Below, piece after piece: positions 39,548 to 50,300 of a stretch of 64,000 nt of DNA. The position numbers were made by a program, and so were the translations under genes. Below the pieces are notes generated by a model that saw nothing but the letters and a program-made list of their open reading frames with translations, did no database searches and was not told where the DNA came from. Within the stretch, counting starts at the first letter, position 1. Each line of letters opens with the position of its first letter. The stretch comes from Blastocatellia bacterium (GTDB lineage Bacteria; Acidobacteriota; Blastocatellia; UBA7656), in NCBI GenBank assembly GCA_963765495.1, contig CAVXWP010000015.1, forward strand, positions 1-64,000. Reading direction: 5' to 3'.

Positions 39548-40289
39548 CGGATGATTCGGCTTTCAAGGTGGCTTCGGTTCTTGATTCCCCCGTTTCGCAG
39601 GATGCGATGTGTCTCTTGAACCATTCAGCCGCGAGCCGAGCGACCTCTTCAAGCGCCCCCGGCTCTTCAAAAAGATGTGTTGCGCCCGGGATGAGGACCA
39701 TCTCTTTTTCGCACCGCAATTGTTCGTATGTTTCCTGATTTACCTTGATAACCGGTTCGTCGTCGCCGCCCGCAATCAGGAGCGTAGGAGCCTTCACATA
39801 AGGGAGGTAGGGCGCGGCCAGGTTCGTCCATCCGCCCCGGCAAACCACTGCGCACGGCCCGGGCTCGCCTGTAAACGGCACCGCGCCTTCGATCCCCGCC
39901 CGCGCAGCCGCCATCAAAGCGGGCCCCGCGCCTGTGCTCGATCCGAAATAACCTACGCGCAGATGCTTTGCCTCGCTCATCTCTTCAAGCCAGTCGGTGA
40001 CAAGTAAAATCCTCTGAGCCAGCAAATCAGTATTCGATACTTTTTCAGAGTCTTCGCGCTCATCGACCATGAGCAAATCCATCAACAGGGTGGCAAGCCC
40101 GGCTTCGCGCAGCAGCCGGGCTACCTGATTATTTCGGGGGCTGAGCCGCCCGCTCCCCCGGCCATGAGCGAATAAAACGATCCCCTGCGCGTTTTCAGGC
40201 AACCCGAGTATTCCCTGTAGCCTCGCCGCTCCCGCCGGTATCTCTACAAGTTTTTCGTTGTCGTGTATCTTAGTATTCAAATCCGACAT
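39540..40289 (-). CDS. Dienelactone-hydrolase-like alpha/beta hydrolase
   Basis: LFAHG, SPRN, YFGSSTG, PTLLIAGG.D, GATHLFEEPG; start moved to ATG 40289 because the upstream extension is repeat-derived. Confidence 0.85.
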   Translation of the reverse strand: MSDLNTKIHDNEKLVEIPAGAARLQGILGLPENAQGIVLFAHGRGSGRLSPRNNQVARLLREAGLATLLMDLLMVDEREDSEKVSNTDLLAQRILLVTDWLEEMSEAKHLRVGYFGSSTGAGPALMAAARAGIEGAVPFTGEPGPCAVVCRGGWTNLAAPYLPYVKAPTLLIAGGDDEPVIKVNQETYEQLRCEKEMVLIPGATHLFEEPGALEEVARLAAEWFKRHIASCETGESRTEATLKAESSEI

Positions 40290-40312
40290 ATCAATAACCC
40301 CGACATTTATTA

Positions 40313-40441
40313 AGGGATGAGGGATGAGGGATGAGGGATGAACCGGACTGTGGCGTGAGATCTCGGTAAAAAGCGGCTCGCTAGTTATCAAGATAAACCC
40401 CGACAGTTCAGTTCATCCCTCATCCCTCATCCCTCATCCCT
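40313..40441. repeat. (AGGGATG)4...(CATCCCT)4 inverted heptamer element (A2)
   Basis: Read directly; contains the hemF stop codon. Confidence 0.93.
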
Positions 40442-41389
40442 TCGAGAGAGCCACTCCTGTGGCTGGAAGAATTTCCAGGCTTCGGCCTCGCGTGTGCCCG
40501 GCTCCGGGCGATAATCGTATTCCCATCTCACGAGCGGCGGCAGCGACATCAGTATGGATTCAGCGCGTCCGCGTGTCTCAAGTCCGAATTGCGTACCGCG
40601 ATCATAGACCAGATTGAATTCAACGTAACGGCCCCGGCGAATGAGTTGAAAGTGGCGCTCGCGTTCGGTGTAAGGCTCGTTCATACGACGTTCGGCTATG
40701 GGGAGATAAGCGGGCAGAAAGGCGCGCCCCAGTCCCTGAACCATCTCGAAAACAAATTCGATGCCGCGCGAGTGCTCCGGTCGCTTTTCATCCGCATCTA
40801 TGAGCGGGCCTTCGTGCTCGCCCGTCAGATAGTCGAAAAAGATGCCGCCGATCCCGCGAGTTTCGCCTCGATGTTTGATAAAGAAATATTCGTCGCACCA
40901 CTTCTTGAATTTCGGATAAAGGGCCGCATCGAATGTGTCGCACGCCTCTTTCAGCGTGCGGTGAAAATGGATCACATCTTCCAGGTAGGGATAGTAAGGC
41001 GTCAAATCCGCGCCGCCGCCAAACCACCCGCGCGAGCCGCGCTCGAAGTGGCGGAAGTTGGCGTGGACCGTGGGCACCATCGGGTTCAGCGGATGAAGAA
41101 CGAGCGATACGCCGCTTGCGGAAAACTCAAAACCTTCGCCTACTGGGAGTTTGGCCGCGAATGCGGCGTCGAGTTTTCCGTGGACTTCGGAAAAGTTCAC
41201 ACCGGCTTTTTCAAAAACGCTGCCGCCTTCCAGTACTCGCGTACGCCCGCCGCCGCCGCCTTCCCTCTGCCAGATATCCTGGCGAAAGGTGGCCGCGCCA
41301 TCAAGTTGTTCGATGGCCGCGCATATCTCGTCCTGAAGTCCGGCAAAAAAATTACTGGCCTGCTCTTTAAGCGGACTTGCGCTGCTCAT
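40427..41389 (-). CDS. hemF: Oxygen-dependent coproporphyrinogen III oxidase
   Basis: FEKAGVNFSEVHG, PTVHANFR, WFGGGADLTP, RGRYVEFNLVYDRGTQFGL, ESILMSLP. Confidence 0.97.
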   Translation of the reverse strand: MSSASPLKEQASNFFAGLQDEICAAIEQLDGAATFRQDIWQREGGGGGRTRVLEGGSVFEKAGVNFSEVHGKLDAAFAAKLPVGEGFEFSASGVSLVLHPLNPMVPTVHANFRHFERGSRGWFGGGADLTPYYPYLEDVIHFHRTLKEACDTFDAALYPKFKKWCDEYFFIKHRGETRGIGGIFFDYLTGEHEGPLIDADEKRPEHSRGIEFVFEMVQGLGRAFLPAYLPIAERRMNEPYTERERHFQLIRRGRYVEFNLVYDRGTQFGLETRGRAESILMSLPPLVRWEYDYRPEPGTREAEAWKFFQPQEWLSRRDEG

Positions 41390-41538
41390 TTTCCCGCTCC
41401 TTCCCCGACCGATTCGCGCCCAACCTGCCCCATAAAGGTTTTCGTTGCCAAAGGCGAAATCAAGAAGGTATCATATTCACATACTCACAGAAAACTGAAT
41501 AAGCAGTTTAGAGAGTAGTTCTGAGTGGAGGAATTGCA

Positions 41539-42126
41539 ATGCGCGTAATCCGAAACCTTTCACCCGCCTGTAGCGCAGGTTTTTCTGTCGTTCTGGCGCT
41601 GTTGCTGCTGACCGCAGTGGAAGCCGCGCAGGATACGGCGCTTTCAAAAATAAAGATCAAGAATTTTGGTTGTGTGAATCAGAACTATTATCGCGGCGCT
41701 CAACCGCAGGGTCAGGATTACCGGGACCTTGCCGGGCTCGGTGTCCGCATGGTCATTGACCTTGAGCGCGAAGGCGATGCAAACGAACAGCAAGAGGTCG
41801 AAGCGGCGGGAATGAAATTCCATCGCATGGAGATGAGCGACAAGTCGCGGCCCACATTTGAACAGGCCGAAGAGTTTCTGAAGATGGCTAATGATCCGGC
41901 AAATCAACCCGTCTTTGTTCACTGCCACGGCGGTCGCCATCGCACGGGAGCGATGACGGCTATTTATCGCATAGCCAACCAAGGATGGACCGCAGACATC
42001 GCATATGACGAGATGAAGCGCTATGACTTTGGACACGGCATCGGGCATGGCCCTCTCAAAGAATTTGTTTACGATTACTACAAACGAACGAACAACAAGG
42101 GTGCGGTGATCGACTCGGCAAAGTGA
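41539..42126 (+). CDS. Exported cysteine-based (PTP/DSP, Siw14-like) phosphatase
   Basis: Signal peptide; NFGCVNQNYYRGAQP; VHCHGGRHRTG. Confidence 0.88.
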   Translation: MRVIRNLSPACSAGFSVVLALLLLTAVEAAQDTALSKIKIKNFGCVNQNYYRGAQPQGQDYRDLAGLGVRMVIDLEREGDANEQQEVEAAGMKFHRMEMSDKSRPTFEQAEEFLKMANDPANQPVFVHCHGGRHRTGAMTAIYRIANQGWTADIAYDEMKRYDFGHGIGHGPLKEFVYDYYKRTNNKGAVIDSAK

Positions 42127-42167
42127 TCCCCGCAAGATAAAATTCAGCAGCCCCTCGGGAGTACAAA

Positions 42168-42872
42168 TTGATGAAGTTTCGATTCGGCAGCGTGCTAGCC
42201 CTCGCCCTTGCGCTCCTTGTGCAGCCAATAGCTTTTGCACAGAGCGCACCGCAATACAAAGAACTGCCCAATTTCGGTCAGGTGGACGAGCACCTCTATC
42301 GAGGCGCGCAGCCTCGCAGTGGAGGCATAGAAAAACTCGCCTCGCTCGGCATAAAGACGATCATTGATCTTCGCGGCGCATCGAGCCGGTCGCGTCAGGA
42401 AGAGCGTCAGGCAAAGGCCTCGGGGTTGAATTACCACAACATCCCTATGCCCGGCTGGGGACGCCCTACAAACGAGCAGGTGGCTCGCGTGATGGCGATC
42501 ATTGACGAGCCGGAAAATCAGCCCGTCTTTGTTCATTGCCGCAGAGGTTCTGACCGCACGGGAGTCATAGTGGCCTGTTATCGTATCAGCCACGACGATT
42601 GGAAAGAGGATCAGGTAAGGGCTGAGGCAAGCAAGTATGGTATGGCGTGGTATCAGTTCTGGATTAAAGACTATGCCTCAGATTACTACCGCGCGTGCGA
42701 GGCGAGGAAAAAAGAGGATTCCGAGGCGGCAGACAAAGGCTTTGCGCCCAAAAGCGATGACTTTGGAGATAAAATCGGCCACGGTTTTACGCTGCTCGAA
42801 CGGGCGGCGCGCAAGGGGGAGACGGCGCTTGTGTCTCTCTTCCATAAGACCGCGCACAGCGAGTCGAACTGA
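42168..42872 (+). CDS. Exported cysteine-based (PTP/DSP, Siw14-like) phosphatase, paralog
   Basis: Signal peptide; NFGQVDEHLYRGAQP; VHCRRGSDRTG. Confidence 0.9.
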   Translation: MMKFRFGSVLALALALLVQPIAFAQSAPQYKELPNFGQVDEHLYRGAQPRSGGIEKLASLGIKTIIDLRGASSRSRQEERQAKASGLNYHNIPMPGWGRPTNEQVARVMAIIDEPENQPVFVHCRRGSDRTGVIVACYRISHDDWKEDQVRAEASKYGMAWYQFWIKDYASDYYRACEARKKEDSEAADKGFAPKSDDFGDKIGHGFTLLERAARKGETALVSLFHKTAHSESN

Positions 42873-42875
42873 GTT

Positions 42876-44147
42876 CTATTTGCCCGAGCCATTTGAATAG
42901 ATGGTTTCAAAGCGTCCGATCATCGAGCGCAAACCATAATTTTCAGAAGCGAGCCGTTGTCCTCGCGCACCCATCCGTGCGGCGCGTTCGGGGTCGCTCA
43001 ATACTTCAATCAAGGCGCGGGCAAGCGCGCGGGCATCCTTTGGCGGAAAAAGCAGCCCGGTCTCTTTATCGCGCACCACCGAGGGCAGATCGCCCACGGA
43101 TGACGCCACGACGGGCAGCCCGGCAGACATTGCTTCGAGCACGGCAATGGGCAGACCCTCGCGGTCAGACGACAGGACGAAAACATCAGAAGCCGCAAGA
43201 ATACGCGCTACATCGCGCCTCACTCCGAGCATTTGCACATTCCGGTCAAGCCCGAGACGCGAAATCTCTTTTTGAATCGAATCTCGCTCCACGCCTTCGC
43301 CTACGACGAGCAACTTTGCGTTTTCCATGCGGCGGGTTACTTCTGCAAATGCCTCAAGCAGCAACCTGTGATTCTTTTCGGGAAAGAGCCGGGCGACTAT
43401 CGTAACCACGCGGTCCGTTTCGCCAAGCGCAAGCGCGCGCCGGGCTTCGCTTTTCGACTCTGAAAAGGCTGACGTATCAACCCCCGCGCGAATGATCTCA
43501 AGCTTGTCGGAAGGGATGCCTACCTGCTCGCGCAGAACCTCCGCTCCGTCGCGGCCTATGGCTATTACTTTATCGCAGAAGAGAGAGAGAATGCGGAGCG
43601 CCACTCTGAGCCGTCTGCGTTTGAAACATTCGATAGAATGCTCTGTGTGGATAATTCGCGCGCCCGAAAGCCTGGCTCCGAGCGCGCTGTAAAAGAGTTG
43701 ATTAAAGTGATGTGTTTGAACCACCTCAACTCTGGCCTTGCGAAACAGTTTATAGAGCCGCCACATCAATTTGAAATCCAGGCCGGGGCGGCGATTCATT
43801 ATCTGATAAGGGATTCCCGCTTCTTTGATTTCGCCTTCGAGCGCGCCGCCCTGATCCACGGCGCACAGCATACTGCGGTATCGGTCGCGGTCCAGATTTG
43901 AGGCGATGGTAAGGGCGTACATCTCTGACCCTCCCGCGACAAGCGACCATGTCACCTGCATGACCACGCTCGGGTCGGATGCTGCTTCGATCTGACTGCG
44001 AGTTCCAAACTCTGTAGTTTGCACGAAGGCTCTTTCGGTCACAACTCTCTCCAAAGCGGTCTTTCCCTCTCTGATGAATAAAATGGTTAATGATTGAATA
44101 TTTCTATAAATCGCTTTAAGCAAATCGGTTAATAGGCCGAGGGCCAA
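42876..44147 (-). CDS. GT4 glycosyltransferase (true start probably downstream of 44147)
   Basis: GGSE, HTEH, ARLFPEKN, SSDREGLPIAVLEAMSAGLPVV. Confidence 0.9.
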   Translation of the reverse strand: MALGLLTDLLKAIYRNIQSLTILFIREGKTALERVVTERAFVQTTEFGTRSQIEAASDPSVVMQVTWSLVAGGSEMYALTIASNLDRDRYRSMLCAVDQGGALEGEIKEAGIPYQIMNRRPGLDFKLMWRLYKLFRKARVEVVQTHHFNQLFYSALGARLSGARIIHTEHSIECFKRRRLRVALRILSLFCDKVIAIGRDGAEVLREQVGIPSDKLEIIRAGVDTSAFSESKSEARRALALGETDRVVTIVARLFPEKNHRLLLEAFAEVTRRMENAKLLVVGEGVERDSIQKEISRLGLDRNVQMLGVRRDVARILAASDVFVLSSDREGLPIAVLEAMSAGLPVVASSVGDLPSVVRDKETGLLFPPKDARALARALIEVLSDPERAARMGARGQRLASENYGLRSMIGRFETIYSNGSGK

Positions 44148-44240
44148 TTGTGGAGCCGCAATTTAATCGAAATCCAGCCTGAAAATGAAGCCTCATTGAG
44201 CATTTAGCAGAATCTGGACGAAGTAGGTTGCGTCTACGGT

Positions 44241-45461
44241 ATGAACAAGGGTGATTTAAGCGGCTTTATTATGACCTCAAAAGGCCCCGATCTCTTTAGC
44301 AAGCTGGCAATCTCTTTTCCGTGGCTTGTGCGCTATCCCGGCTGGCGTGCGGGCGAGCTTTTCAGGCGGTTTACCGAGCCGGGCACGCCCCCCCATCTGA
44401 TCTTTATCGTAGCGAACCACTTCGAGCCAAGCTGGACCCCGAAGGGATTTTTGACCGACCTGAGCACGCAACTTTCCCGATTGGACGTATGGCTCAAGAA
44501 GGCTCGCGCCATCGGCAAGACTGTATTTGATTCAGACGGGACCCCGTTTCGCCATACCTATTTTTACCCGGCCGAGCAGTATCACGCGCCGTTGCTTGAA
44601 GGGCTTGCCGAGTTGCAGTCGGAAGGATTGGGCGAGGTCGAGGTGCATCTGCATCACGGGGTCAAGAAGCCCGATAACGCGGCAAATCTCAGGCGCACAA
44701 TAGAAGATTTTCGTGATGCTCTGGCAGAAGAGCACAGATGTCTGTCTCGCAAAGACGGCGCAGGCCCGCCCGTTTACGCCTTTGTTCATGGCAACTGGGC
44801 GCTGGCCAACGCGGCAAACGGCATCTGCTGCGGCGTGGATTCAGAGATGCAAATACTTGCCGAGACGGGCTGCTACGCCGATTTCACGCTTCCCTCGATT
44901 ATGCATCCGGCGCAGGTTCCGCGCATCAACTCTATTTATGAATGCGGCGGCCCGCTCGACGAGCGGAGCCCGCATCGCACGGGGCCGAATCTCAGCGTAG
45001 GCAGACAGCCATCACTGCCCGTATTGTTTACAGGCCCGACGGTCTTCGATTGGCGGCGGCGCAAACGCGGGTTTCCCGTGCCGAGAGTCGATGACGGCAT
45101 GCTTGCGGCGAGCTATCCCATAGACCGGGCGCGGTTGCGGCGCTGGCGCAACGCGAGAATTACCATAGAGGGGCGACCCGATTGGGTCTTTGTAAAGCTC
45201 TACTGCCACGGTTTCTTTCCCGAAGATCAGGACACAGTGATAGGCGAGTCTGGCAGGCGATTGTGGATGGATGCGCTCGAACTGGCAGATCGGACGGGAG
45301 ATTTCAAGGTGCACTTCGCAACGGCTCGCGAGGCGTTCAACATGGCTATGGCGGCAATCGAGGGGCGCGAAGGCGAACCGGGGCTATACAGAGATTATCA
45401 GCTGCGCCAGATCATGCAGACCTGTTCAGGCTCAGAGTCTGCCGCAAGCAAAATTGCTTAG
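44241..45461 (+). CDS. Hypothetical polysaccharide-deacetylase-like metalloenzyme
   Basis: ANHFEP, HTYFYPAE, EVHLHH, FVHGNWAL motifs; EPS-locus context. Confidence 0.55.
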   Translation: MNKGDLSGFIMTSKGPDLFSKLAISFPWLVRYPGWRAGELFRRFTEPGTPPHLIFIVANHFEPSWTPKGFLTDLSTQLSRLDVWLKKARAIGKTVFDSDGTPFRHTYFYPAEQYHAPLLEGLAELQSEGLGEVEVHLHHGVKKPDNAANLRRTIEDFRDALAEEHRCLSRKDGAGPPVYAFVHGNWALANAANGICCGVDSEMQILAETGCYADFTLPSIMHPAQVPRINSIYECGGPLDERSPHRTGPNLSVGRQPSLPVLFTGPTVFDWRRRKRGFPVPRVDDGMLAASYPIDRARLRRWRNARITIEGRPDWVFVKLYCHGFFPEDQDTVIGESGRRLWMDALELADRTGDFKVHFATAREAFNMAMAAIEGREGEPGLYRDYQLRQIMQTCSGSESAASKIA

Positions 45462-45467
45462 AGTCTA

Positions 45468-45490
45468 ATTTGAGATTTGAGATCTCAGAT
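45468..45490. repeat. GATTTGA-family mini-palindrome
   Basis: ATTTGAGATTTGAGATCTCAGAT between two co-oriented genes. Confidence 0.6.
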
Positions 45491-45492
45491 AA

Positions 45493-47292
45493 ATGCGAGT
45501 GAAAGAAATTCTTAGCTGGCTTAATGAGGCGCTACCTATGATGGAATTGACACGAAGGCACACAGGTGATCTGGTCAGGAAGGTTTTCGAGTTGCTTCAG
45601 GCTCACCCGGAAGGGCTTCCGGCCGACGCCGTCTATGATGGGGTAGAGAGATATTTCGCGGCAGAATCCGGGCTTGCCGCTCGCGCCCCCACGAGATTTA
45701 ACAGGGTTTATGAAGAGGCCACGGAGTTTGGGATCATCGCGCCCGCAAAGGCGGGGTGGCTCGTCAAGGAGAAGGATCGATGGCTTGTGACCGATGAAGG
45801 GCGGCGAGCGTTTGCCCGGTTCACGGACCCCGAGCAGTTTCTCACAGAAGCGGGGCGGTTATCGGTAAAAGGGTGGCTCTCGGTCAATTGCCCGCGCCTT
45901 TACCCTCTGGCGAGCAGGATCAAATACCAGACGATGATCGAGTACAGGCTTGTGCGGCGAGTCGGAGTCCGTCAGCTTTTTGGAAATGCCTTTGGGAAAA
46001 CGGAATGGCAGAAAATCTTGCCGCTGCAAAAACCTCGCCGCTTTGCGATTGACGGATTGAACCTGATGAGCATCGAAGCCTTGCAGAACCATCTGAGATC
46101 GGTTGGAGCCCGATACTCAGAAGGCGGCAATACCATCTATATCCCGCCCGCATCGCTCCCCCTGACCGCGTTTCGCAAGCTCGCCGAAAACTATCCGCAG
46201 GATGCCGGAATCAAGATCATCAAGACTATTGGCGGCGTGGACGAAAGCCGCTATGTGCACGGCTCTCACAAAAAGGTCAGCAAGATGCACGTCAAGCTCA
46301 CGCACGAGTTGCGCCACCTTGCTCTTGTGGCCAATCTGTTGTTCAGCAAAGAGCTTGGACCCAGGCTTTACGATCTGATCGAATTGCAATGCGGCGATCA
46401 TCTATGGACCGCGTATGTGACCGCGCACGTCGAGGGCAGAGAGCCGTCCATCGAAGAATGCGAGGCCGGGCTTGGTAGAATCCGCCGGATGGAGGGCGAG
46501 CGCCTGATCAAAGTCACCATCCCCGATGGATATGAAGATGAAGATTTCGAGCCGCCTTCGTGCAACGGAAACGCCTTCATGGACGAGGCGGGAAAATTTC
46601 ACTACATAGATTTTCAAAACTTCCTTCTGTTGAATTACGGCGCGTATCTGAAACAGATCGCGGCAGAGGCTGCTGCACAGACTCATTTCGGAGACAAGAG
46701 TTTGCTGCGCGGCGGAAACTATCTGTACCAGTCAATCCCCGGCGTGGCGATGGTCGGAAAGCGCGGCGTGGAAGAGAGAATGGATGTCTTCGCCGAGTTG
46801 ATGAGTATCGCGGGCGTATCAATAGAAGATCGGCTGGTGCTCGACATAGGCTGTAACATAGGCATGATGATGGCTCAGTATTTGAAGCTTGGAGCCGCGT
46901 GGTGTCACGGTTGGGACCGGGCTATTGTCACGCCGCACACCGAGCAATTATTGCTCGCGCTCGGCTGCACAAGGTTTTCTACTACGGGCGGCGACATCAC
47001 ACACGACCAGCCAATCGAGGCGAATCTGCCAGCCTTCCTCAGACCTGTGCTCGCGGGATGCGTAATATCTTATCTTGCGATTCAGGGTCACGTGGGCTGG
47101 CTCGAAGCGCTTGCTCGCCTGCCGTGGTCATTCCTGATTTATGAAGGACACGAGTCGGACACGCGAAAGGATTTCGAGCGCAACATCGAGGAACTCGCAA
47201 AACAGGTGAGTTTCAAAGTTGCCGGGATAAGGAGCTACAGGGACGGAGACTGCGACCCGCGAGATGTGGCCATACTGATTCGTAATGCGTAG
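45493..47292 (+). CDS. Mrr-N-like wHTH + kinase-like + SAM methyltransferase fusion protein
   Basis: KAGWLVKEKDRWLVTDEGR (wHTH); GIKIIK...GPRLYD...GNAF...YIDFQ (kinase-like); VLDIGCNIG (SAM motif I). Confidence 0.65.
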   Translation: MRVKEILSWLNEALPMMELTRRHTGDLVRKVFELLQAHPEGLPADAVYDGVERYFAAESGLAARAPTRFNRVYEEATEFGIIAPAKAGWLVKEKDRWLVTDEGRRAFARFTDPEQFLTEAGRLSVKGWLSVNCPRLYPLASRIKYQTMIEYRLVRRVGVRQLFGNAFGKTEWQKILPLQKPRRFAIDGLNLMSIEALQNHLRSVGARYSEGGNTIYIPPASLPLTAFRKLAENYPQDAGIKIIKTIGGVDESRYVHGSHKKVSKMHVKLTHELRHLALVANLLFSKELGPRLYDLIELQCGDHLWTAYVTAHVEGREPSIEECEAGLGRIRRMEGERLIKVTIPDGYEDEDFEPPSCNGNAFMDEAGKFHYIDFQNFLLLNYGAYLKQIAAEAAAQTHFGDKSLLRGGNYLYQSIPGVAMVGKRGVEERMDVFAELMSIAGVSIEDRLVLDIGCNIGMMMAQYLKLGAAWCHGWDRAIVTPHTEQLLLALGCTRFSTTGGDITHDQPIEANLPAFLRPVLAGCVISYLAIQGHVGWLEALARLPWSFLIYEGHESDTRKDFERNIEELAKQVSFKVAGIRSYRDGDCDPRDVAILIRNA

Positions 47293-47374
47293 ACAGGATT
47301 AACAAGATTTAGAAACGCGGATTCAACAAGATTCTATTCTTGTTGAATCCCTCAAAAATCCTGTTAATCCTGTC
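47292..47374. repeat. ACAGGATT-family palindromic element (D2) between convergent genes
   Basis: GACAGGATTAACAAGATT...GGATTCAACAAGA/TCTTGTTGAATCC...AATCCTGTTAATCCTGTC. Confidence 0.85.
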
Positions 47375-47385
47375 AAAAACGCCGA

Positions 47386-50300
47386 CTAGCCTAACCCTAA
47401 CCTTCGCCTGATTGCTTCAATCGATCTATCATTTATTAAAGCAAACCAGACCTTTTCAACCTGCGATTCGGTGGCTTTGTCGAAGCTTTCCGCCACAACG
47501 CCGTTTGACGCGGGCACAAGAACCACATTGCCGACCGACCCGTTCAGGGCTACAAACGAGGTGTCAACCAGCAACGGATAGGAAGGCGCTTTCTGGCTCG
47601 TGTAGAAGCGTGTGCCGTTCTTGTAATACTTGACGACGCCTCCCTCTACCGCGATGCGGAAAACGTCTCCGGTCGCATACGACAGGTCCCACTTATAAAC
47701 ATTATTCTCACGAACGGCGGCGATGCCTATGTCGGTCAACTTGATGCCGAAATCAATGTCTTCCGGCGTAGTGTCGTCATTGCCCTTGCTCAAGCCGATG
47801 TACCGCTCCTTGTTCGTTTCCGTGGCCGTGAACTCCATATAGCCGTCGCCTGATACGAGAACCTGTTGAGAGACTGCCCCGGCATCCGGCGAATCGTCCC
47901 GGCCGGAACTCTTTCTGAGCGAATTGCCCGTAGCCGTGCAATTGACGATACTCGTCCAGACCACGGCCTGGCTTCCGCCGCCGCCGCCACCGCCGCCGCT
48001 TGAAGAAGTGGCGAAAGTGAAATCTGCCGACACAGCTTGATTACCAGCCGCGTCCCTGGACTTGACTCTGAAGTGATAGGTAGTGCCCGAAGACAACCCC
48101 GTGAGCGCAAGAGAATGGCTTGTGACAAGAGAGGTGTTAACGGGAGTCGAAGAGCCGTAAGAGGTGGTCGAGCCGTACTCTACCTGAGAATCGCTCGCCT
48201 CGTTAGTGGTCCAGTTTACACTCGCTCCGCTCGATGTGAGATTCCCGCTCGCCACGTTGCTGATCACGGGCGGCGTGGTGTCTCCCGGTGGCGGCGGCGG
48301 AGGAGGAGGAGGAGCCGACCCGTCTGCCTTCAATTCGACTACAAAGGCATCCACACGACCCGAGCCTAAGGACTGGCCCCAGTTGGAGCTGAACATAAAC
48401 CATCGCCCGTCCTGGCTCACGTTGCCTTTAGGGAGCGCGCCGAAATCGACCGGCACACTGCGATGATGCGCGATACGCCAGACGGTAGTTTGTGTGCCGT
48501 CGGTGCGAACCGCGATTATTTCGTTATCCCATGCGCGCTGCGCGAGCCCCCGGTCGTTTCTGTATGTCGAAATCAGGACCGGCGCGAGCGCGTTTGCCTG
48601 CGCGTTGTTCCACGAAAGATGGCTGTCTATTTCATACTGCGAGGGCGTGAGCAACGGCGATATCAACTGCGTGATAGCGCCAAGGTTTGACAGGTTGAGC
48701 GAACGCCGCTGCCATACCGCGCCGTCACCCGCGCCATCGTGGTTGAGCATATAGCCGAATGCGCCTACCTTGTGGCCGCCCGAAGACGGAGCCAGCGCGA
48801 TATTGCCCGTCTGCGTATCCCATATCACCTGCCCGTTTGGACCGTCGGATGGCGATATGGTAACGTACCGCCCGCCTTTTTCGAGACGCGCATTATGAAT
48901 ATGCCATCCCAGAGACATGTTTGTGGGGTTGCCGTTGACTCTTGAAGTCACCGTATTGAGAAGAGTCTGCTGCCCCGTGGTCTTGTCCCAGACTAGGATG
49001 TAGAAATGCTGATCCTGCGACTGTCCTCCGAAATAGGTGCAGAGCTTCTGATTGACGCCTTCGGAAAGATCGCCCGTACTCCCGCTCAATCCCTGCACGA
49101 CCGTATCCAGATTAAGCAGTGTCGTGTAGGTATCGGTCTGGAAGTTGTACTGCACGATAGAACGCCCGGCCGCCCCGCCTGTACCGTAGATCAGATTGGG
49201 ATCGGAATGGCTAAATTCCGGGTTGCTCAAATTGAGCAGCAATCCGCCGCTTTCGTTGGATGTATCGCCTAAGCGCGAGGCAACCATAGTCGAAGGATTG
49301 AACGAATAAGGAACGATTTCGCCGCCTTCGCCCGTGATGAAGAAAAGCGTGCTGTTTGTATTCCAGGTGTTCTGTTCGGAAGAACTCGGACTGAAGAATG
49401 AGCGATTAGGCCGGTCAGGTCTCGTGTTGGCATCCGTGATCCGGCGTATGCGTGAGCCAAATGTCGGGTCCGTGATGAGCGTCCCGCGTCCCGTAGCGCC
49501 GCCCATGTTTGGCAAAGACGGCTCTCTTCTGGTGCTGCGGTCGGTTAAGGCGTTATAAGACATCGGCACGCTGCTTCCGCCGCCGCCACCACCGCCGCCG
49601 CTTGAAGAAGTGGCGAAAGTGAAATCTGCCGAGACGGCTTGATTACCAGCCGCGTCCCTGGACTTGACTCTGAAGTGATAGGTAGTGCCCGAAGACAACC
49701 CTGTGAGCGCAAGAGAATGGCTTGTGACAAGAGAGGTGTTAACGGGAGTCGAAGAGCCGTAAGAGGTGGTCGAGCCGTACTCTACCTGAGAATCGCTCGC
49801 CTCGTTAGTGGTCCAGTTTACACTCGCTCCGCTCGATGTGAGATTCCCGCTCGCCACGTTGCTGATCACGGGCGGCTGTGTGTCTCCGCCCGGCGCTGTC
49901 GTGAAAGTATAATCTCTTGAAACGCCAGCATTGCCCGACGGGTCTTTTGACCTCACGCGGAAATGATAGAGCGTGAGCGGCGAAAGCCCGCCAAAGGCTA
50001 CACTATGATTCAGCACCATTGCGGGGTTGAGCGCAGACACGCTGCCGTAGGCGGTCGTGGTTCCAAACTCCACCTGCGTATCGCTCGGCTCATTTGTGCG
50101 CCAGGCAACAACAACGCCCGTGGCCGAAACATTGGAAACGACTACGTTGCTGATCTCAGGCGGCTTTGTATCTTTTGGCGTTATCCGCACAACGGACGAA
50201 GCATTGACCACCGGGTTTGCGGCGCTTGCCGCCATTACGGTAAATGAGCCGGTCGCGGCAGGCGCTGTATATATTCCTTCCGTTGAGATCGCGCCGCCGC

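Noticed and set aside
48288-48314. GGC/GGA triplet runs here and at ~16450-16510, ~47975 and ~49577
   Set aside because: Encode Pro or Gly interdomain linkers; in-frame triplets, not phase-variation tracts.
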